Shown here piece after piece: positions 55,394 through 64,000 of a DNA stretch of 64,000 bases. A program made the position numbers and the translations under genes. Each line of letters starts with the position of its first letter. Positions within the stretch are counted from its first letter, which is position 1. Below the pieces are notes generated by a model that ran no database searches, had not been told where the DNA came from, and worked only from the letters and a program-made list of their open reading frames with translations. The DNA is from Clostridia bacterium. GTDB lineage: Bacteria; Bacillota; Clostridia; Christensenellales; QALW01. The stretch covers positions 64,539 through 128,538 of the forward strand of contig JAZQII010000043.1 in assembly GCA_045541035.1 (NCBI GenBank), read 5' to 3'.

Positions 55394-58300
55394 TTACTTA
55401 AAATATTTTACTGCCGCTTCAAACATGCGGATATCATAGTTACCATCAACGTTCTTATAAAGTCCCTTACCGATACGCTCGGAGTGACCCATCTTACCGA
55501 AAACTCTGCCATCAGGAGATGTAATACCTTCAATAGCACACATTGAATCGTTGGGGTTAAAGTGAATATCACTTGTAGCATTGCCGTCTAAATCAACGTA
55601 CTGCGTTGCGATCTGACCGTTCGCTTTAAGTTGCTCAATGAGTTTAGGATCAGCAATAAATCTGCCCTCACCGTGAGAGATGGGAACGTTTACGATATCG
55701 CCAACGTTCATAAGTGATAACCAAGGAGATTTATTTGATGCAATGCGTGTTCTAACAATGCGTGACTGATGGCGTGCAATGGTGTTAAATGTAAGTGTAG
55801 GACAAGTTTCGTCTGTATCAATGATCTTTCCGTAAGGAACAAGGCCAAGTTTAATTAAAGCCTGGAAACCGTTACAGATACCGCACATAAGACCGTCACG
55901 GTTATCAAGAAGGTCGCTTACACCCTCTTTGATTGCGGCATTTCTGAAGAATGCAGTAATGAACTTACCGCTTCCGTCAGGCTCATCACCGCCTGAGAAA
56001 CCGCCGGGAATGAATATCATCTGAGCATCCTTTAAGCTTTGTGCAAACTTATCAACACTTCTCTGAATACCATCGGACGAAAGGTTGTTGATAACGATGA
56101 TCTCAGGTTCTGCCCCTGCATCGCGAACAGCCTTTGCTGAATCAAACTCGCAGTTTGTGCCGGGGAATGCAGGAATAAGAACCTTAGGACGTGCAACCTT
56201 AACGTTAGGTGCAGGATAGCTCGTTGCCTTATATTCAAAGTTTTCTATCTGCTTATTGCCCTGATCAATATTACAACTGTAAACGCTTTCAAGCTTATCT
56301 TCATAAGCAGTAAGAAGTTTATTAAGGCAAATCTTTTCACCGTTATATTCAATAACTTCTTCTTCCTGCGTTACACCGATAAGACGGGCATTTTCGATTT
56401 CCTCGGTTGCTTCAAATACGAATGCACCGTAGTTATATTTAAACATACACTTGGGGCACATATTTTCATCATACTTAAAGCCGATGGAGTTACCGAAGCA
56501 CATCTTCATAACTGCTTCACCGATACCGCCCATACCGGGTGTGTAACAAGCAAGAATTTTACCTGAACGCATAAGTTCGGTTATTCTGTTAAAGGTTGAA
56601 ATCAATGATTCAGTTACGGGAAGACCGTTTTTATCATATTCAGGATAGATTGCATAAACCTTATTTCCTGCTTTTTTAAATTCAGGTGAAATAACTTCCT
56701 GAACCTTACCGGTTGTAACTGCAAAGGAAACAAGTGTTGGAGGAACGTCAAAATCCTCAAAGGAGCCTGACATTGAATCCTTACCGCCGATTGAGCCGAT
56801 GCCCAATTCTTTCTGTGCCTTAAATGCGCCTAAAAGAGCCGCTAAAGGCTTACCCCAACGTTTGCCGTCTTTTCCGGGATGTTCAAAATACTCCTGGAAA
56901 GTAAGATAAACGTCTTCAAAAGATGCACCCGTTGCAATAAGTTTTGCAACTGATTCAACAACTGCGGTGTATGCACCGTGATAGGGACTCTGTTCTGTAA
57001 TAAAGGGGTTATATCCCCAAGCCATAAATGAGCAATCTTCAGTATGCTTCTTTTCAACGGAAACCTTCTGTACCATTGCTTGAATGGGAGTTAACTGATT
57101 TTTTCCGCCGAAAGGCATAAGAACCGTGCCTGCACCGATGGTGGAGTCAAAACGCTCGGAAAGACCGCGCTTTGAACACATATTAAGATCAGATGCAATA
57201 TCGAAATAATTTTCGGTAAAGCTTTCCTTGATCTCTTTATTTTTAAGTTCAGGCTTTTTAGGTGTAACGGTAATATGCTTTTCAGCACCGTTTGAATTAA
57301 GGAAATCACGGCTGATATCAACTATCTTCTTGCCGTTCCAATTCATAACAAGGCGTGCTTCTTCCTTTACAACTGCAACGGGACAAGCCTGAAGGTTTTC
57401 TTCCTTTGCAAGTTCAAGGAATTTTTGGATATTTTCTTTCTCGATAACAACTGCCATACGCTCCTGAGATTCGCTTATGGCAAGTTCTGTACCGTCAAGA
57501 CCGTCATACTTTTTGGGAACTGCATTAAGGTCGATTTCAAGACCGTCGGCAAGTTCGCCGATAGCAACTGAAACACCGCCTGCACCAAAGTCATTACAAC
57601 GTTTGATAAGACGTGTTGCCTCTTTATTTCTGAAAAGGCGCTGAAGCTTTCTTTCTTCAGGTGCGTTACCTTTCTGAACTTCTGCACCGCAAGTTTCAAG
57701 GCTCTGTGCGGTATGTGATTTTGATGAACCCGTTGCACCGCCGCAACCGTCGCGACCTGTGCTGCCGCCTAAAAGGATAACAACATCACCGGGAGCAGGA
57801 ACTTCTCTGCGAACGTTTTCTTGGGGAGCGGCCGCAATAACAGCACCGATTTCCATACGCTTTGCAGCATAACCCGGATGATAGATCTCATCAACAATGC
57901 CCGTTGCAAGACCGATCTGGTTGCCGTAGGAGGAATAACCTGCAGCAGCAGTTGTAACGATCTTTCTCTGTGGAAGTTTACCCTTTATGGTTTCTGAAAC
58001 GGGTTTTAAAGGATCAGCCGCGCCCGTTACGCGCATTGCCCCGTAAACGTAAGCTCTGCCTGACAAGGGATCGCGGATAGCGCCGCCGATACAAGTTGCC
58101 GCACCACCGAAAGGCTCGATCTCTGTGGGGTGGTTATGTGTTTCGTTTTTAAACAGAAGAAGCCAAGGCTCTTTTACACCGTCAACTTCAACTTCGATTT
58201 TAACGGTACAAGCATTGATTTCTTCAGATTCATCAAGTTTATCAAGTTTGCCGTGCTTTTTAAGATATTTTACCGCAACTGTTGCAAGATCCATTAAGCA

Positions 58301-59083
58301 AATAGGCTTTGTGCGGTTAAGTTCCTTGCGAACTTCCATATATTCTTCGTAAGCACTCTGTAAAAGCTCATCCTCAAACTTAACGTCATCAATAACAGTA
58401 AGGAAAGTTGTGTGACGGCAATGATCTGACCAATATGTATCGATCATTCTGATTTCGGTAATAGTGGGATCGCGGTCTTCTGATTTAAAATAATCCTGAC
58501 AGAACTGAATATCATCAGCATCCATTGCAAGACCGTACTCTTTTACGAAATTTTCAAGACCTTGACGGTCAAGTTTAATAAAACCGTCCAACGTTTTAAC
58601 CGTTGTGGGAATTTCATAATTAACCTTTAAAGTTTCAGGCTTGTCCAAGGTTGCTTCTCTTGCTTCAACGGGGTTGATAACGTACTTTTTGATTTCTTGA
58701 ATTTCGTTTTCCGATAAATCGCCATAAAGTGCATAAACCTTTGCTGTTCTGATAAGAGGTCTGTCGCCCTGCGAAATGATCTGAATGCATTGTGCGGCTG
58801 AATCTGCGCGCTGATCAAACTGACCGGGCAAGTATTCAACTGCAAAAACATATGCACCGTCGCAGGAAACGTCATCTGTTACGATATCAAGCTGAGGCTC
58901 TGAAAATACCGTCTTTTTGGCGTAATCAAAAAGTTCTTCGGTAATGTTTTCCGCGTCATAGCGGTTGATTATACGAACGTCTTTTAAAGAAGTTATGCCC
59001 AATAAATTATTGGCTTCTGAAAGAAGACCTTTTGCTTCATTGGCAAGTTCCTTTTTCTTTTCTACAAAAACTCTGAAAACCAT
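55394..59083 (-). CDS. purL: Phosphoribosylformylglycinamidine synthase, single-chain large form
   Basis: 1229 aa with synthetase domains plus a C-terminal glutaminase (GICNGFQ catalytic Cys). Confidence 0.95.
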   Translation of the reverse strand: MVFRVFVEKKKELANEAKGLLSEANNLLGITSLKDVRIINRYDAENITEELFDYAKKTVFSEPQLDIVTDDVSCDGAYVFAVEYLPGQFDQRADSAAQCIQIISQGDRPLIRTAKVYALYGDLSENEIQEIKKYVINPVEAREATLDKPETLKVNYEIPTTVKTLDGFIKLDRQGLENFVKEYGLAMDADDIQFCQDYFKSEDRDPTITEIRMIDTYWSDHCRHTTFLTVIDDVKFEDELLQSAYEEYMEVRKELNRTKPICLMDLATVAVKYLKKHGKLDKLDESEEINACTVKIEVEVDGVKEPWLLLFKNETHNHPTEIEPFGGAATCIGGAIRDPLSGRAYVYGAMRVTGAADPLKPVSETIKGKLPQRKIVTTAAAGYSSYGNQIGLATGIVDEIYHPGYAAKRMEIGAVIAAAPQENVRREVPAPGDVVILLGGSTGRDGCGGATGSSKSHTAQSLETCGAEVQKGNAPEERKLQRLFRNKEATRLIKRCNDFGAGGVSVAIGELADGLEIDLNAVPKKYDGLDGTELAISESQERMAVVIEKENIQKFLELAKEENLQACPVAVVKEEARLVMNWNGKKIVDISRDFLNSNGAEKHITVTPKKPELKNKEIKESFTENYFDIASDLNMCSKRGLSERFDSTIGAGTVLMPFGGKNQLTPIQAMVQKVSVEKKHTEDCSFMAWGYNPFITEQSPYHGAYTAVVESVAKLIATGASFEDVYLTFQEYFEHPGKDGKRWGKPLAALLGAFKAQKELGIGSIGGKDSMSGSFEDFDVPPTLVSFAVTTGKVQEVISPEFKKAGNKVYAIYPEYDKNGLPVTESLISTFNRITELMRSGKILACYTPGMGGIGEAVMKMCFGNSIGFKYDENMCPKCMFKYNYGAFVFEATEEIENARLIGVTQEEEVIEYNGEKICLNKLLTAYEDKLESVYSCNIDQGNKQIENFEYKATSYPAPNVKVARPKVLIPAFPGTNCEFDSAKAVRDAGAEPEIIVINNLSSDGIQRSVDKFAQSLKDAQMIFIPGGFSGGDEPDGSGKFITAFFRNAAIKEGVSDLLDNRDGLMCGICNGFQALIKLGLVPYGKIIDTDETCPTLTFNTIARHQSRIVRTRIASNKSPWLSLMNVGDIVNVPISHGEGRFIADPKLIEQLKANGQIATQYVDLDGNATSDIHFNPNDSMCAIEGITSPDGRVFGKMGHSERIGKGLYKNVDGNYDIRMFEAAVKYFK

Positions 59084-59084
59084 A

Positions 59085-60353
59085 TTATTCTCCTTTTGCC
59101 TTTAATGCCCTTGCGCCTATATCATTGCGATAATAAGCGTTTTCAAAGGAAATTTGCTTAACAAGCTTATATGCATCATTGATAGCATCCTCTAAGGTAT
59201 CGCTTACTGCCGTTGCACCTAAAACGCGACCGCCGTTTGTTAAAAGTTTACCATCCTTTAAAGATGCACCTGCAACGTAAACGCTATCTTTGATATCATC
59301 GGGAATAGTCATCTCAAATCCCTTATCGTACTTTTGAGGATATCCCTTTGAAGCCATGATAACGCAACAAGCACTTTTATCCATAAATCTTACGTCAACT
59401 TTATCAAGTTCACCATTGGTAACTGCCTGCATAACAGTTAAAAGATCACTCTTTAAAAGAGGAAGAACTACCTGAGTTTCAGGATCACCGAAACGGCAGT
59501 TATATTCAATAACTTTAGGTCCGTTTTTGGTGAGCATAAGTCCGAAATAAAGGCAACCTTTAAAAGTTCTGCCCTCAGATTTCATTGCATTGATTGTAGG
59601 GATAAATATTTTTTCCATACATTCTTTCTGAATATCTTCGGTGTAATAAGGGTTAGGTGCAATAGTGCCCATACCGCCCGTATTAAGGCCCGTATCGTTA
59701 TCGCCTGCGCGCTTATGATCCATTGATGAGATCATGGGAACAACGATGTTACCGTCGGTAAATGAAAGAACGGAAACTTCAGGGCCTTCCAAAAATTCTT
59801 CAATTACGATATTATCGCCGCTTGCACCAAAGACTTTGTCTTCCATCATGCTCTTAACTGCATCAATGGCTTCCTGACGCGTCATAGCGATTATAACGCC
59901 CTTGCCTAAAGCAAGTCCGTCAGCCTTAATAACTGTGGGAATAGGTGCAGTTTCAAGATACTTTAATGCTTTTTCAATATCATCAAAGACTTCATACTGT
60001 GCAGTAGGGATATTATATTTTTTCATAAGATTTTTTGAAAAAACCTTACTGCCTTCAATAATTGCCGCATTGGCTTTAGGACCAAAGCACGGTATCCCCT
60101 CTTTTTCAAGTGCATCAACTGCGCCTAAAACAAGAGGATCGTCAGGTGCAACAACTGCATAATCAATACGGCTTTTAATGGCAAAATCAACTATTTTATC
60201 AATTTCCTTTGCGCCGATATCAACTAAAGTTGCATCCTCTGCCATACCGCCGTTACCGGGAACGGCAAATATCTCCGTTACGTTTTTATTTTCTTTAAGT
60301 TTTTTAATGATGGCGTGTTCTCTGCCGCCGCCACCAACAACCATTATCTTCAT
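59085..60353 (-). CDS. purD: Phosphoribosylamine--glycine ligase
   Basis: 422 aa. MKIMVVGGGGREHAI is the typical PurD N-terminus, with an ATP-grasp core. Confidence 0.95.
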   Translation of the reverse strand: MKIMVVGGGGREHAIIKKLKENKNVTEIFAVPGNGGMAEDATLVDIGAKEIDKIVDFAIKSRIDYAVVAPDDPLVLGAVDALEKEGIPCFGPKANAAIIEGSKVFSKNLMKKYNIPTAQYEVFDDIEKALKYLETAPIPTVIKADGLALGKGVIIAMTRQEAIDAVKSMMEDKVFGASGDNIVIEEFLEGPEVSVLSFTDGNIVVPMISSMDHKRAGDNDTGLNTGGMGTIAPNPYYTEDIQKECMEKIFIPTINAMKSEGRTFKGCLYFGLMLTKNGPKVIEYNCRFGDPETQVVLPLLKSDLLTVMQAVTNGELDKVDVRFMDKSACCVIMASKGYPQKYDKGFEMTIPDDIKDSVYVAGASLKDGKLLTNGGRVLGATAVSDTLEDAINDAYKLVKQISFENAYYRNDIGARALKAKGE

Positions 60354-60362
60354 AAATTCTCC

Positions 60363-61547
60363 TTAATGATGGAATAAGCGCATGCCTGTAAATGCCATTG
60401 CCATACCGTATTTGTCAGCACATTCAATAACAAGATCATCTCTTATTGATCCGCCGGGCTCTGCAATATATTTAACACCGCTTCTCTTTGCACGTTCAAT
60501 GTTATCGCTGAAGGGGAAGAAAGCATCTGAACCAAGTGCAACACCGTCAATGGAAGCAAGATATGCTTTTGCTTCTGCATCTGTTAAAGGTTCGGGTTTT
60601 TCGGTGAAATACTTTTCCCAATTACCGTCAGCACAAACGTCTTCTTCGTTTTTGTTGATATAACCGTCAATAACGTTATCTCTGTCAGGACGGGAAAGTT
60701 CAGCCTTAAAGGGAAGATTTAATACCTTGTCATGCTGACGAAGGAACCATGTATCTGCCTTTGTACCTGCTAAACGTGTGCAATGGATTCTTGACTGCTG
60801 ACCTGCACCAACGCCGATAGCCTGACCGTCATAAGCGAAGCAAACTGAGTTTGACTGAGTATATTTAAGTGTAATAAGTGAAATTATAAGGTCGCGAACT
60901 GCCTCATCGGGAAGCTCTTTATTTTTTGTTACAAGGTTCTGTAAAAGCTCCTTGTTAATTTCAAAGTTGTTTCTGCCCTGCTCAAAAGTGATGCCGAAAA
61001 CCTGCTTATGCTCGATGGAATCGGGCACATAGTTTGCATCGATCTTAACGATGTTATAGTTTCCGTTTCTCTTGGTCTTAAGAATTTCAAGTGCTTCAGG
61101 CTCATAGCCGGGAGCGATAACACCATCAGAGATTTCACGCTTGATCATCTTTGCAGTCGTAACGTCGCAAACATCGGAAAGAGCAACCCAATCGCCGAAA
61201 GAACACATTCTGTCAGCACCGCGGGCACGTGCATAAGCGCAAGCAAGGGGTGATTCATCAAGACCTTCAATATCATCAACAAAGCAAGCCTTTTTAAGTT
61301 TTTCAGGTAACTTTACACCAACTGCCGCTGACGTAGGTGAAACGTGCTTAAAACTTGTTACTGCAGGAAGACCTAATGCTTCCTTTAACTCTTTTACAAG
61401 CTGCCAGCTGTTGAATGCATCAAGGAAGTTAATATAACCGGGTCTTCCACAAAGGATCTCAATGGGAAGATCGCTATTATCATGCATAAATATTTTTGCA
61501 GGTTTTTGGTTGGGATTGCAACCGTATTTTAATTCAAAATCTTTCAT
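60363..61547 (-). CDS. purH: AICAR formyltransferase (PurH C-terminal-domain-only form)
   Basis: 394 aa. It aligns in memory with the AICARFT half of PurH (LRYGENPHQ-like KYGCNPNQ ... FTGMRLFHH) and lacks the MGS-like IMP cyclohydrolase domain. Confidence 0.85.
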   Translation of the reverse strand: MKDFELKYGCNPNQKPAKIFMHDNSDLPIEILCGRPGYINFLDAFNSWQLVKELKEALGLPAVTSFKHVSPTSAAVGVKLPEKLKKACFVDDIEGLDESPLACAYARARGADRMCSFGDWVALSDVCDVTTAKMIKREISDGVIAPGYEPEALEILKTKRNGNYNIVKIDANYVPDSIEHKQVFGITFEQGRNNFEINKELLQNLVTKNKELPDEAVRDLIISLITLKYTQSNSVCFAYDGQAIGVGAGQQSRIHCTRLAGTKADTWFLRQHDKVLNLPFKAELSRPDRDNVIDGYINKNEEDVCADGNWEKYFTEKPEPLTDAEAKAYLASIDGVALGSDAFFPFSDNIERAKRSGVKYIAEPGGSIRDDLVIECADKYGMAMAFTGMRLFHH

Positions 61548-61558
61548 ATTTATACTCC

Positions 61559-62275
61559 TTACTTATTCTTATTTACAATTCTTGAATCGTACTTTCCGCT
61601 TTCAAGATCAATATATCTTACAAACAATGAAACCTTATTGTCTTCGTTAAGATTCTTCCAGATAACATCGGTTAAAGTATCGATATCAACATCGGGAAGT
61701 TCAAGCGTTTTGGGTTCGCCTTCAAAACTCGGAAGGGGATTTCCGTCACACTTATAAGTATGGATAAACTTTGCCTTGCCCTTTAAGGGATTTGAATAAG
61801 CAAAAGTATATCTCTGGCAGGAAGAGCCATCGCCCTCTGCAGATTTAAGAATGGACATTGCAAAATTCATATCACCGTTTTCAAGGCGGATAATGCCTGA
61901 AATTCTGGGTGTAAAGTTAGGTGCATCGTCCTCAAACTCACGTGTTCTTAATGCTTGCTCAAAGGTCATCTGACGATCCATAAGTTCATAGATAGTATCA
62001 GTCTGATCACCGTTTGTAACGATAGTCTTATTACCTAAAACTCTCACGGGTGCATAAATAATAAGGTGGGGATCAACCATTTTTGATTCGTCAAAAGCCT
62101 GAGTTCTGATGCCTTCGCCGTCTTCAACGAAAACGCGGTTACGGCTGTTTTCGCTTCTGCCCATAATGAAATATGCGGTAATTGCTTTTTTGCCGTCTTT
62201 ACTTTTACCGATAATAATACCTCTGCCATGGTATGCTAAAGAATTAAGTTCATTTTCAAGAGTTTTAATTTCCAT
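61559..62275 (-). CDS. purO: IMP cyclohydrolase, PurO-like
   Basis: 238 aa. YHGRGIIIGKS...AYFIMGRSENSRNR resembles archaeal-type PurO. It sits between purN and purH. Confidence 0.65.
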   Translation of the reverse strand: MEIKTLENELNSLAYHGRGIIIGKSKDGKKAITAYFIMGRSENSRNRVFVEDGEGIRTQAFDESKMVDPHLIIYAPVRVLGNKTIVTNGDQTDTIYELMDRQMTFEQALRTREFEDDAPNFTPRISGIIRLENGDMNFAMSILKSAEGDGSSCQRYTFAYSNPLKGKAKFIHTYKCDGNPLPSFEGEPKTLELPDVDIDTLTDVIWKNLNEDNKVSLFVRYIDLESGKYDSRIVNKNK

Positions 62276-62290
62276 GATTTTGCCCTCCGA

Positions 62291-62938
62291 TTATTTAATA
62301 TAAGTTCTGCCGTTTTCAACGGTAATTTTTTCATCACACAAAAGTTGAACGGCTTTAGGAAGAATCTTCCATTCAGCCTGCTCCATTATGCGCCTTTGAA
62401 GTGTTTCGGGAGTATCATCATCCATAACCTCAACGGCTTTTTGAAGAATGATCGGTCCACCATCACATTCAGCGGTAACAAAATGAACCGTTGCGCCTGA
62501 AACTTTAACACCTTTTTTAAGTGCTTCTTCATGAACGTGAAGTCCATAAAAACCTTTTCCGCAGAAGGAAGGAATCAATGCAGGATGAACGTTTACCATT
62601 TTATTGGGGAATGCATCGCATACCGCAGAGCCAAGAATAGTCATAAATCCTGCATAAACGATAACGTCTGCTTCTTCTTCAAGAAGAAGTTTAAGCATAT
62701 CTTCGCTGTATTTATCAACGTCAGTATAATCTTTTCTAATAAGAGTACGTGTTTTAATGCCGTTCTCCTCTGCACGGACAAGGGCATAAGCATCTGCCTT
62801 GGAAGCAATAACACAAGTTATTTTTCCTAAGCCTAACTCGCCCCTCTTTTCAGCATCAATAAGTGCCTGAAGATTGGTGCCGCCGCCTGAAGCAAGAACA
62901 ACAACTTTTTTATAATTATTCAATGATAACACCCTCAT
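62291..62938 (-). CDS. purN: Phosphoribosylglycinamide formyltransferase
   Basis: VVLASGGGTNLQALID ... NVHPALIPSFCG motifs. The start is uncertain: several ATG/GTG/TTG candidates lie in 62920-62941, overlapping the purM end. Confidence 0.9.
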   Translation of the reverse strand: MRVLSLNNYKKVVVLASGGGTNLQALIDAEKRGELGLGKITCVIASKADAYALVRAEENGIKTRTLIRKDYTDVDKYSEDMLKLLLEEEADVIVYAGFMTILGSAVCDAFPNKMVNVHPALIPSFCGKGFYGLHVHEEALKKGVKVSGATVHFVTAECDGGPIILQKAVEVMDDDTPETLQRRIMEQAEWKILPKAVQLLCDEKITVENGRTYIK

Positions 62939-63953
62939 CACTTTCTATAACAGTACCGATGATATAAGCATCTTCGCCGTTTGCCTTTAAGATTTCAAGC
63001 GCCTTCTCGGCTTCATCTTTTTTAACTACAATGCTCATACCAACGCCCATATTAAAGGTGTTAAACATATCGCGCTCGGAAATTCCGCCAACTTTTTGGA
63101 TAAGATCAAAAATAGAAAGAATCTTAAGTGCAGATTTATCAACTTTTACTGAATAACCGTCGGGCAAACTTCTTGGAATATTCTCATAGAAGCCACCGCC
63201 GGTAATATGTGAAATCGCATGAACTTCAACTTGTTCTAAAAGTGCAAGAACGCTCTTTACGTAAATTTTTGTGGGAGTAAGAAGTGTTTCTCCTAAAGTT
63301 TTTCCGTTAAGTTTATCTTTATAAGCGTTAAGATCGCAGTTACCGATATCAAAAACCTTACGTACAAGTGAGAAACCGTTAGAATGAACACCTGAAGATG
63401 CAAGTGCGATAACGGTATCGCCTGCTGATACTTTGTTGTTATCTAAAATCTTCTTTTTATCAACAATACCTACTGCAAAGCCTGCAAGGTCATAATCTTC
63501 TATCGGCATCATACCGGGATGCTCTGCCGTTTCACCGCCGATTAAAGCCGCACCTGACTGAACACAACCTTCGCAAACACCGCTAACGATAGATGCAATC
63601 TTTTCAGGATAATTCTTTCCGCAAGCAATATAATCAAGGAAGAAAAGGGGTTTTGCACCGCAACAGATAATATCGTTTACGCACATTGCAACTGCGTCAA
63701 TACCGATGGTATCATGCTTATCCATTAAAATAGCAAGTTTTACCTTTGTGCCGCAACCGTCAGTACCGCTTACAAGCACGGGCTCTTCGTATCCCATAGG
63801 AAGACCGAAACAACCGCCAAAACCGCCAACGTCATCAAGACAACCTGCGTTACGTGTTCTTTTAATATGTTCTTTCATAAGTTCAACTGACTTATAACCT
63901 GCAGTAATATCAACACCTGCAGCTGCATAACTATCTGATTTTGATTTCATCAT
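62916..63953 (-). CDS. purM: Phosphoribosylformylglycinamidine cyclo-ligase (AIR synthetase)
   Basis: YAAAGVDI ... DGCGTK ... GGETAEHPG motifs. The start at 63953 has a GGAAAGGAA RBS. Confidence 0.95.
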   Translation of the reverse strand: MMKSKSDSYAAAGVDITAGYKSVELMKEHIKRTRNAGCLDDVGGFGGCFGLPMGYEEPVLVSGTDGCGTKVKLAILMDKHDTIGIDAVAMCVNDIICCGAKPLFFLDYIACGKNYPEKIASIVSGVCEGCVQSGAALIGGETAEHPGMMPIEDYDLAGFAVGIVDKKKILDNNKVSAGDTVIALASSGVHSNGFSLVRKVFDIGNCDLNAYKDKLNGKTLGETLLTPTKIYVKSVLALLEQVEVHAISHITGGGFYENIPRSLPDGYSVKVDKSALKILSIFDLIQKVGGISERDMFNTFNMGVGMSIVVKKDEAEKALEILKANGEDAYIIGTVIESDEGVIIE

Positions 63954-63958
63954 TTTAT

Positions 63959-64000
63959 TTATTCCTTTCCGTTCCAGCAATAGGTGCAAAGTTTACACGG
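63959..64000 (-). CDS. purF: Probable 3' end of amidophosphoribosyltransferase (13 codons, rest outside the window)
   Basis: The open frame PCKLCTYCWNGKE* ends 5 nt before the purM start. The call rests only on pur-operon order and the Cys-rich tail. Confidence 0.3.
   Translation of the reverse strand, partial: PCKLCTYCWNGKE

Noticed and set aside
1-64000. CRISPR arrays, IS elements, integrases, prophage or known defence-system genes
   Set aside because: I found no regularly spaced repeats. No ORF has transposase, recombinase, nuclease-helicase or other defence-type signatures. The only repeat structure noticed is the pair at 7495/7702.

Overview
This window looks like a low-GC Firmicutes (Clostridia-type) chromosomal segment, judged by gene content and order. 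About 90% is coding and nearly all genes are on the minus strand. I recognise these blocks, with no database search possible:

- **1-7.5 kb:** a truncated GH78-like glycosidase. It is followed by an AraC-controlled seven-gene operon made almost entirely of oxidoreductases, plus a type I dehydroquinase-like gene and a lactonase-like MBL hydrolase.
- **7.5-7.7 kb:** a roughly 230-nt highly structured intergenic element, flanked by a duplicated terminator hairpin.
- **7.7-13.6 kb:** housekeeping and small accessory genes. These are a phosphohexomutase, an EamA transporter, trxA, purC, a lipoprotein, and a zinc-ribbon membrane protein with a divergent XRE regulator.
- **13.6-28.1 kb:** the conserved Firmicute cluster secDF-recJ-relA-dtd-MBL-hemZ-like-hisS-aspS, plus membrane proteins.
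- **28.1-28.3 kb:** tRNA-Val(TAC) and tRNA-Asp(GTC).
- **28.4-50.5 kb:** a 22-kb, 22-gene single-strand Wzx/Wzy-type polysaccharide operon with an AT-rich variable core. It includes two uronic-acid routes, two pyruvyl-transferase/redox-partner pairs, a TupA-like ATP-grasp amidoligase, a sugar-1-kinase/nucleotidyltransferase pair and a frameshifted acetyltransferase.
- **50.6-53.6 kb:** fbp (class 3), a small acidic protein and a polysaccharide deacetylase.
- **53.7-64 kb:** a purine operon, (purF)-purM-purN-purO-like-purH(AICARFT only)-purD-purL(large)-fhs.

I saw no CRISPR array, rRNA, transposase, integrase or recognisable defence genes. The best candidates for undescribed biology are the all-redox AraC operon, the structured intergenic element and the decoration chemistry of the polysaccharide locus.
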